Virus record (IMG/VR): IMGVR_UViG_3300035670_000008
Location: 62,001-126,000 of that record
DNA: 64,000 nucleotides
Strand: one strand, 5' to 3'
In this document: piece by piece, positions 57,189-64,000 of the stretch
Position numbering within the stretch: position 1 is the stretch's first letter
Layout: the number at the start of each line of letters is the position of its first letter
Position numbers and translations under genes: made by a program
Notes under the pieces: generated by a model
The model's database searches: none
Seen by the model: the letters and a program-made list of their open reading frames with translations, nothing else
What the model was told of the DNA's origin: nothing

Positions 57189-58508
57189 TTAGTAGAACAA
57201 CCATTCGGATGTTGGCAGGTTATCCTCGTCACCATCCATATCTCCGTAGTCGTCCGCCCCTGGTTCGGAGTCAGGGTCATAGTCGTCAAATGCCTCCCAT
57301 CCTTGTGGGGAATGTAGCTCTATTTCTAGAGCATTCTCCCACCCAAAGAGGGATTCTTCTATCCGCCCCGCCCGGATATTACTCCGGTGGTTATGGGTTT
57401 CGACGATCAAGGCCCCGTCCTCCATATAATACGGAAGACGAACCGGAGCCGCCCATTCACCGACGTTGCGTCCCACAACCATGTGCCGACGAGGCCGCCC
57501 ATGCGACCGTTGCATGAAGTACGGTATAGGCTCCGCCACACCGTACCCAGCTTCTGGCGCGTCGCCTACAACGGTTATTTCGTAGCCGTTGTATTCGACC
57601 AGATGGCCGTAGCTTGGTGGTAGAGTTTGGGCGTGGTCAACCCAAGCCTTGACCGTAGCCAAGTTCCGCAGCACCCCATCCGCGTCATGCGGGGATAGGA
57701 ACATGCGGAATTCCACAGTTTGGGAGTTGCACATATTGACCGCTACGTAGCGGTCGTTGGATGCACCATATTTGTAGGCACACCAACGGTTGCCTTTACG
57801 GCCAGCCAATGCTTCTACTAACTTACGGTGCTCACATATCCATTCCACCAGACTTACCCACACGTTGTCGGGCAGGGAACGACGGCTGACATGAACGTGC
57901 ATTCCTACACCCGACGTTTCCGTCAAGGTATTATTGGCGGATAGCAGTTTGTTAAAGGAGTCTGCTAGCTCCTTGATTTTTGTAACCATTTGGTCGTATG
58001 TGTAGGGGAGGGTCACATACTCCCCATCGACAGTGGAATCGGACTTAAAGATCCCCATACCCAATAGAGGATATAGGTCCATCAAACTGTGATTGGAGTG
58101 GTTAAACTCCAACTCAATCCCGTATAGGGTGTCCGTGGAGTTAGTTACCTCCTCCCGTTTTTTGTCTTTGGCTAAAGTCAGGATATTACGACTGTAATTC
58201 CAAACCTTGGCTTCTGGTTTTTCGATATCCCCCGTAGCCGCGACCATCTCTACAGGGGACTTCTTGATAGGGTAGGCGTTGGGAAGTAACCCCAAAACGC
58301 TGTCACCAGCATCTATCAACTCAACTAGAGCTGATAGGACAGGAGAATGACCTCCCTCTAACCAATCCGCATGGGTTAGGGTGTCAAACCCTGCGGACAT
58401 ATATCCGCTCTCTGTTACCTCAATTCGGAAGGTCCCGAACTGATTCTGCCCGAGGCAGATAACGATGGTGGGAGCAGACACGGAAGTGGTGGAGATAAAA
58501 TTAGACAT
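57189..58508 (-). CDS. Putative amidoligase (COOH-NH2 ligase type 2)
   Basis: YGIELEF, DST, EYVT, GMHVHVSR, RY.AVN, TVEFRMF. Confidence 0.8.
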   Translation of the reverse strand: MSNFISTTSVSAPTIVICLGQNQFGTFRIEVTESGYMSAGFDTLTHADWLEGGHSPVLSALVELIDAGDSVLGLLPNAYPIKKSPVEMVAATGDIEKPEAKVWNYSRNILTLAKDKKREEVTNSTDTLYGIELEFNHSNHSLMDLYPLLGMGIFKSDSTVDGEYVTLPYTYDQMVTKIKELADSFNKLLSANNTLTETSGVGMHVHVSRRSLPDNVWVSLVEWICEHRKLVEALAGRKGNRWCAYKYGASNDRYVAVNMCNSQTVEFRMFLSPHDADGVLRNLATVKAWVDHAQTLPPSYGHLVEYNGYEITVVGDAPEAGYGVAEPIPYFMQRSHGRPRRHMVVGRNVGEWAAPVRLPYYMEDGALIVETHNHRSNIRAGRIEESLFGWENALEIELHSPQGWEAFDDYDPDSEPGADDYGDMDGDEDNLPTSEWLFY

Positions 58509-58609
58509 GGTATTTAACTGGGGGTGAAAAACAATAAACCCCAGTCTTGTGTCCGTGCTCTAAGCACCTGTGTCACGCTGCAGACCAATCAACTGCAACA
58601 TGAGGACAA

Positions 58610-58657
58610 TGCCGGTAAAAGGGACTCGAACCCTTACTTGCGTACCTACGTACCGGC
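58610..58657 (-). ncRNA. tRNA minihelix-like element (acceptor stem + T arm)
   Basis: GCCGGTA...AAGGG-TTCGAGT-CCCTT-T-TACCGGC-A. Confidence 0.5.
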
Positions 58658-58755
58658 TGTTTAGCACATAAAAATAACCCTCCTAAGGAGGAGGGTCAAA
58701 GAGTGTAGGTATTTATACAAACAAGTGCCCGCCCCTACACAGGCGGGCAAGGGCC

Positions 58756-58956
58756 TTACTTGGACTGCTCTTGGTTAGCAGTCCACACCAGGTAAACCCC
58801 GGTGATGACTGCGCCATTGACGGCAATCCCAGAGAGTACAAGTAAGGCCCAAAGAATGAGTCCACGCCAATCGAAGGGCGTAAACCCTTCGAGTTGGCGG
58901 TACTCAGACTTGGATAACTTTTTCATAGTTCTCCGTGGGTTTAACAATACAGGCAC
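58756..58956 (-). CDS. Small membrane protein (start probably 58926)
   Basis: Hydrophobic segment; GGAG RBS. Confidence 0.6.
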   Translation of the reverse strand: MPVLLNPRRTMKKLSKSEYRQLEGFTPFDWRGLILWALLVLSGIAVNGAVITGVYLVWTANQEQSK

Positions 58957-59115
58957 CCCTGCCTGGAGCTTATATAGACACCTCGACCTACTACGCTTCG
59001 TAGCGCACGTAGCGGTTGTCTAGCTCAATAAAAAACCCACCCCCGTAAGGGAGTGGGTGGTACGTAGCTTGTTTATACTCCCCTACGTTAGGAGTGTGGG
59101 TAAGGCCTTAGTCTA

Positions 59116-59430
59116 CTAAGGCTTTACCCAACCATCACTTTGCCAGAATCGGAGTTCCGATTCTGTGTCCTTTTTAATGCAGTACCCATGGGCGAATGGG
59201 TCCTCCCCCAGAGCAAGCAAAAATGAAATGTGCGCGCCTTCGCGCACATTTTCCTCTTTGTGGGTTTCGATGTAGACCTCGCGGTCTATGTTTGACACCC
59301 ACTGTTCGGGGCTAACCCCCGCACACTCAGCCGCCAGGAGGACGTTTGCCCCCAACGACAGACGATATAAATCCACTTCTTTTTCCACCTCTTGCGAGGT
59401 GGAGAACATGTTTATTTTGGGTTGGTACAT
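59116..59430 (-). CDS. Hypothetical protein
   Basis: AAGGA RBS; upstream part of the track ORF overlaps a terminator. Confidence 0.6.
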   Translation of the reverse strand: MYQPKINMFSTSQEVEKEVDLYRLSLGANVLLAAECAGVSPEQWVSNIDREVYIETHKEENVREGAHISFLLALGEDPFAHGYCIKKDTESELRFWQSDGWVKP

Positions 59431-59566
59431 GATGATCTTTTCCTTTTGACTAACGGTGAATGGGTTGTTAGACCCAATAAAAAACCCACCCCTTGCGGAG
59501 TGGGTAGGTAGTGCAGGTATTATTAACGTCCCCCTGCATAGGGACGAGCAAGAGCTTAGAGGGGGT

Positions 59567-59707
59567 TCAGCACCCACCCCCTAGCTGCTTGCAGATGCTG
59601 TCTACTCGCTGAGCAGGATTAACCTGCTCTTGGAGCTTCGGAGCCATGGCCCCGAAAGATGAGAGAAGAATAGCAGCAAACACTACGAGAATAGAGAAAC
59701 GTACCAT
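59567..59707 (-). CDS. Small secreted/membrane peptide (46 aa, not in track)
   Basis: MVRFSILVVFAAILLSSFGAMA signal-like start; own motif and terminator unit. Confidence 0.55.
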   Translation of the reverse strand: MVRFSILVVFAAILLSSFGAMAPKLQEQVNPAQRVDSICKQLGGGC

Positions 59708-59814
59708 GATAGAAACACAGCGGTGTGAAAGGTATTGCCGCTGTCCTCACTAAATAAAAAACCCCTCTTGCGAGGGGTCTGTAGAGGTCATCATCTACAA
59801 GAGGGGTCTTTTAC

Positions 59815-59973
59815 TTAGAAGCGGGAAGGTAAGGTCACCCTTACCATCCCGATGAGCGAGTCCGCCTTATCGAATGCGCGCGCCCGTAGGCGCACGCAAA
59901 CCAAACAATCCGCCAGCTGGGCTTGGAGCCCAGCCTGGCGGGTGAGCTTGCGGGCGGTACGAATCTTAGACAT
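59815..59973 (-). CDS. Small basic peptide (52 aa, not in track)
   Basis: AGGA RBS; leader motif shared with the 55036 gene. Confidence 0.5.
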   Translation of the reverse strand: MSKIRTARKLTRQAGLQAQLADCLVCVRLRARAFDKADSLIGMVRVTLPSRF

Positions 59974-60082
59974 AATTGTCCTGGCACTCACGTAGTTCCC
60001 ACGAAGCCGTTAGTTCTGATAAGCCCGGTCTAGCTTATGACTTAGCCGTTACCAAACCCGGAATTTCTCAATTCCGAGGCGG

Positions 60083-60097
60083 GGTATAGGGGAAAAT
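60083..60097 (+). repeat. 15-bp direct repeat, copy 2
   Basis: Identical to 29813-29827; part of inverted repeat GGGGTATAGG/CCTATACCCC (60081-60158). Confidence 0.85.
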
Positions 60098-60392
60098 CAC
60101 ATAATTGGTCTCATTTAGAACCGCGAGTAATTTTTGTTGGAGCTCCGTCCTATACCCCCTGGTTATTACTGGAGGGGAGGTTCGTCTAGAATTATTCGTC
60201 AAATGCTGAAAGTCTTATGCTGCAATCGTTCTAGCGATTTCGTTAGCTCCCCACCTAGGCGAACACTCCGCGTAAACAAAAGAAAACCCCGCTGGCGTTC
60301 ATACATCAGCGGGGTTTTCCTAAGACCTACTAGTAAGCTCTTTGTAGGGTTTGTTATAGTAGGTATATTGTTAACCTTCTCTATCGTACAAT

Positions 60393-61226
60393 ATGTCTTC
60401 TTTCGTTCACCAGCCCGTAGCTCCGTTTGATTTCAATGAATTAGCTGACTTAATTAAGAGTGAGTTAAAGCAGAATCCTGATAGCGATGGGTTCATTTGT
60501 GGTATCCGAGCTGTTGCCCGCCTTATTGGGATTAATCATACGTCTCTTATTGATAGCAATAAACAGAAGAATGGAGTACCTAAAGGCTTACTGCCGCGGC
60601 TTACCTACTGGTCGCCTGAGGAAGCGCCCGAATCTCTGAAACCCGTACTGGGCTTTGATTATAAGATTCAGCCGTATAACGCCGCGCACACCACCCAGCA
60701 TAAATACTTACCGGAACTGGTCGTTCAGTGCATCATTAACTACTATGCCAATGATGCTCGTCAGACGCTACCGCGCGCGAAGCAGTTATCCGTCTTATTC
60801 GGGACGTTAGGAGTCCGAGCTGTGTTTTCTAAGGTGCTAGGTGTAGAGGAGGTACCAGCTGCCCAATCTTTACCGGCGGCGCTGCCGGCGTTACCTACTA
60901 ACACAGCAATTGCTATCCCTGAAGTGCTAGTTAATGAAACGCCAGTTCAAGAAGCCCTACGGTTGATCGGTAAGCTGGAGTCTTATCGACTAACCCGGCA
61001 GGAGATTATTGCTTTCCTACATAACATCGGTCTGTTGGATTTGGATGAGGAGCACAATACTACTTACCGTGGTGTAGTCAAACACAAGTCATCCTGGCGG
61101 GCTCAAATCAGTGTTAACGGAGTGACCCGAGCTATAGGAATCTATCCTAGTCCTGAAGACGCTGCCCATGCGTATGACGCTTATGCCAAGGTTATCTACG
61201 GTGACAAAGCTAAATTAAACTTCTAG
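60393..61226 (+). CDS. AP2-domain DNA-binding protein
   Basis: YRGV...WRAQI......IG.Y...EDAA.AYD.....YG..AKLNF; no HNH motif. Confidence 0.85.
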   Translation: MSSFVHQPVAPFDFNELADLIKSELKQNPDSDGFICGIRAVARLIGINHTSLIDSNKQKNGVPKGLLPRLTYWSPEEAPESLKPVLGFDYKIQPYNAAHTTQHKYLPELVVQCIINYYANDARQTLPRAKQLSVLFGTLGVRAVFSKVLGVEEVPAAQSLPAALPALPTNTAIAIPEVLVNETPVQEALRLIGKLESYRLTRQEIIAFLHNIGLLDLDEEHNTTYRGVVKHKSSWRAQISVNGVTRAIGIYPSPEDAAHAYDAYAKVIYGDKAKLNF

Positions 61227-61291
61227 TTTGGACTTAACCTAGGGTTGATAGTCAATCCTAGGTAGCTACCTAGGGAGGAAGTAGGAAAAAG

Positions 61292-61552
61292 ATGGCGAAG
61301 CAGACTACTACGGTACGAATTAATGCTGAGTTGGTGCCCGCGTTAAAAAAGGGGGCCCTGGCTCGTACCGGCGGGCGGGTGGGGGATTATATTACCTATT
61401 TGCAGGAGTTCTACGAGCTCCGGCATTTGGATGATTTGGCGGATCAACTCAAGTGGGCGGCTCGCGTAGGTTTGGATCTCCGCCAGATTACTCACCTGAG
61501 TGTGTTAAACACAGTACTGTCGGCTATCCTTACCCGGACGGGTATGCGGTGA
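61292..61552 (+). CDS. Small putative ribbon-helix-helix regulator
   Basis: TTTVRINAEL beta-strand then helices. Confidence 0.5.
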   Translation: MAKQTTTVRINAELVPALKKGALARTGGRVGDYITYLQEFYELRHLDDLADQLKWAARVGLDLRQITHLSVLNTVLSAILTRTGMR

Positions 61553-62489
61553 AGCAGTTGATGCGCAGCCGGTCGTTTCGTAAGAAGTTAGTTCGGATGG
61601 GTGTGCCCAGCGCGCCGGAGATTCGAGAGATGGGTGCGCTGCTGGCTGCGGGGCCGGCGTTGATGAATAGTACCGAGTTGTTTTGAGACTCGATTATCTT
61701 ATGCCGCCAGCTATCTAACCCGGTGATTTCGTCTATCTTCAGCGGGATTGGATTTGGGTTGGCTGGGTCTAATGCTTGGATACACAACCAAGTATGGGCT
61801 TTAGGTTTTATGAATACAGATTTAGCCCCCGCGGGGTGGTCGGTCTGGATAGTTAGGGGGTTATTAATTAAATCTGTGTAGCTACGCACCGACTCATAGG
61901 GACTAGACAGACTATATATCCTGACCCCGCCGGTAGGGGGTAAGTCTTTGGGGAAATAGATGAAGACTTCGTTATAGTTGGAGGCCTGCTCGACGGCGAC
62001 CTCGCTTTCTAAGTTACTTAGGAACCGTTCGGTGTACTCCAGCCCTAGGGTGTTAGCTACGAGGAATTGGGCTAATACCGGGCCGTCGGGGGTGCGGAAG
62101 TTTAGGTAATATTGGCTAGCGTGGCTACTGGCTCGGATTAAAGCTCGCTCAGCTGGAGCAGTCCCCCAGTAAAACCCCCGCTCGCCTCGAACTTCGGTCT
62201 CTGGGCATACCCCAGTAAACAACAGCTCCCAGCGGCTATTAAGGACGTTGTAGGTGGTGTTCTTCCGGTAGCCGATGGTGCTGAGATCGAATAGATAATA
62301 AGGCAGTTGGGTATCGGAGTCCTGGGGTTTGAACTCGAACGGGGTCACGGTAAACGTCGGCCCATTAAAGTTAGCAATGTCTAGGATTTGCTCTTCTTCC
62401 AGGAAATATTTGATGAAGTCCAATCCCCCGAACTGCTGAAAGACGAGGTCTATCTTGGGTTTGAAAATCTGTAGGGCTTGGGTCACCAT
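61530..62489 (-). CDS. Hypothetical, putative virion protein
   Basis: Long ORF in tight operon. Confidence 0.65.
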   Translation of the reverse strand: MVTQALQIFKPKIDLVFQQFGGLDFIKYFLEEEQILDIANFNGPTFTVTPFEFKPQDSDTQLPYYLFDLSTIGYRKNTTYNVLNSRWELLFTGVCPETEVRGERGFYWGTAPAERALIRASSHASQYYLNFRTPDGPVLAQFLVANTLGLEYTERFLSNLESEVAVEQASNYNEVFIYFPKDLPPTGGVRIYSLSSPYESVRSYTDLINNPLTIQTDHPAGAKSVFIKPKAHTWLCIQALDPANPNPIPLKIDEITGLDSWRHKIIESQNNSVLFINAGPAASSAPISRISGALGTPIRTNFLRNDRLRINCFTAYPSG

Positions 62490-62492
62490 AGC

Positions 62493-63662
62493 TTATATAT
62501 ATTTAGTTACTAATAAATCTATCGTATAAAAGGCTTTATTCTTCCGAACGCCGTAGAACTTGTAGCTAATAATTACCCCGGTGTATTTAATTTCCTCCGG
62601 GCCCTCTTTGGCAGTGGGAGCGGAGGCGCCGTTGTTGGAGCTAGACACATAGACTTCAACTTCCGTGCCTGGAAGCACCACCTCATCCATGAACTGCTTG
62701 GCCTGTTTGTTGGCGCTGACGTGTTTGTCGAACTGGTCGGTAATTTCGTAGCTACTTAAAAGTACATCCGAGGAGCTCTTTTCGTCTGCAGATTTCCCCT
62801 GTCCAATTACCTCCTCCCCAGTCATCGCGCCGATTAGATTTAACATCGCGTTGTTAATTCCAATGGTCTGGACTACTGGGGTAGAGCCGGGGATGACGAT
62901 GTTCTTATGTTTTGTATCAATCCGTTGGAGTATCCCTGGCTTCACCTCCGGGACTTCGATGTTCCCAAACTTGGAGCCGCCCCGGTTTTCCATCGCTGGC
63001 AGTAGGTCGAAGGTAAACCGCTTCGGCGTGCCACTCCTACGGTCTTTATAAAGGATATAGAATTTGTCGTCGGCGTTCATCCGAAACGCGGCGTTACTAG
63101 GGATATTAAAGCCCTTATTCGGGTCGATTTTGTTGCCGTTGATTTCGTTCTTGCTCAGTAAGGTAAAGCCACCGTCTTTAATGGGTTGAACCGCCTGGGT
63201 CTTAGGATTTACGTTCTTCTTAGCTAACTCCTCAGTAGTGAGCACTTTATCGTCGGCGCTAGCGTTCCCACCTCCGCCACCTCCGCCTGGGCTATACGTA
63301 TGCTCTGGGAAGTTAGGGTTGTAGCCTGGGATAGCCTTATCTAAAGTGCCTTGTCCAATTGGAATGATTGTGTCTGTGTTCCCTAGATTTAACTCAACGT
63401 TGGCACTATCCGTCGCGTAGGTTTTAACGAGCTTATCAATAGCTAGCTTATTTAAAGCAGCGACACCTGAGGCGACATAATCGTCATAGACTAAGGGGCC
63501 AACCTCCCAAAGTGGTTCGTTATAAACAAACAGCTCTGGATACTCTAACGGGCCTACGACGTACTGGGTCTCTGAGCCGCCCCATAACGGTTCGTTGCCG
63601 TCGACGGTTAAGTCTCCTAAGACTTGGGTAATCGTTTTATCTAGTTGGTTAAGAACAGCCAC
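62493..63662 (-). CDS. Putative tail/baseplate protein (GpU-like C-terminus)
   Basis: IPGSTPVVQTIG...LNLIG pattern; function weakly supported. Confidence 0.5.
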   Translation of the reverse strand: MAVLNQLDKTITQVLGDLTVDGNEPLWGGSETQYVVGPLEYPELFVYNEPLWEVGPLVYDDYVASGVAALNKLAIDKLVKTYATDSANVELNLGNTDTIIPIGQGTLDKAIPGYNPNFPEHTYSPGGGGGGGNASADDKVLTTEELAKKNVNPKTQAVQPIKDGGFTLLSKNEINGNKIDPNKGFNIPSNAAFRMNADDKFYILYKDRRSGTPKRFTFDLLPAMENRGGSKFGNIEVPEVKPGILQRIDTKHKNIVIPGSTPVVQTIGINNAMLNLIGAMTGEEVIGQGKSADEKSSSDVLLSSYEITDQFDKHVSANKQAKQFMDEVVLPGTEVEVYVSSSNNGASAPTAKEGPEEIKYTGVIISYKFYGVRKNKAFYTIDLLVTKYI

Positions 63663-63666
63663 TGGG

Positions 63667-63930
63667 TTATACCTCTACGACTTCTTTAATAAACTCGATG
63701 GCGTTGGGTGTGATTGTTACTGGGGTGGAGTGTCTTAGGTAGAATAAATCTGCTCGCTCCACTTGAGCCACCGGAATAAATGAGGAGGTGTCGGTGCCGT
63801 GTTTAAACACTGCGTTCTTATATAACCCAATGCTTCGATAGCTTCTAGGAATCCCATCGATTACATCGTTGTGGGTAAGCTGTCCTTCAATTAATACAAA
63901 CCGGCAACGCTGCTTCGTCAACAACTCCAA
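63667..63930 (-). CDS. Hypothetical protein (may extend beyond annotated start)
   Basis: In operon at window edge. Confidence 0.5.
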   Translation of the reverse strand: MELLTKQRCRFVLIEGQLTHNDVIDGIPRSYRSIGLYKNAVFKHGTDTSSFIPVAQVERADLFYLRHSTPVTITPNAIEFIKEVVEV

Positions 63931-64000
63931 ATCAGGTTCGACTGGCAGGATGATGTAGCCACCGATTGTTAGAGTCGAGCCGGGTACTTCCCGGTCTGTT

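Noticed and set aside
60393-61226. HNH-AP2 homing endonuclease
   Set aside because: AP2 is present but there is no HNH motif.

Overview
The window looks like part of a large, probably temperate, cyanophage genome. Host signals are NblA, a cyanobacterial group-2-like sigma70, and cyanobacterial-type integrase and TnpB. 0-29.7 kb holds replication and nucleotide genes (N-terminal half of a family A DNA polymerase, ParB-like, RecA, ThyA, dNMP kinase), an integrase beside a degenerate tRNA-Ala (likely attP), a TnpB-only IS, a single-chain tandem NblA, tail fibre/Ig-FN3 genes, a sigma factor, a methyltransferase, GT4, PhoH and HU. A (CA)53 tract lies at ~29.9-30.0 kb, where GC skew appears to flip. 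30-60 kb is an almost entirely minus-strand, early-type block bounded by a shared 15-bp repeat and made of short terminator-delimited units with two recurring promoter-like motifs. Its centrepiece is a 4239-aa ORF with motifs of a single-chain two-barrel (DxDGD) RNA polymerase fused to kinase, zincin, SLOG and Pif1-like helicase domains, plus two putative internal promoter/RBS/start sites. The block also carries a stand-alone Csx15-like gene (candidate anti-type III CRISPR), tRNA-like RNAs and parS-like palindromes. All calls come from motif recognition by eye; no searches were run.
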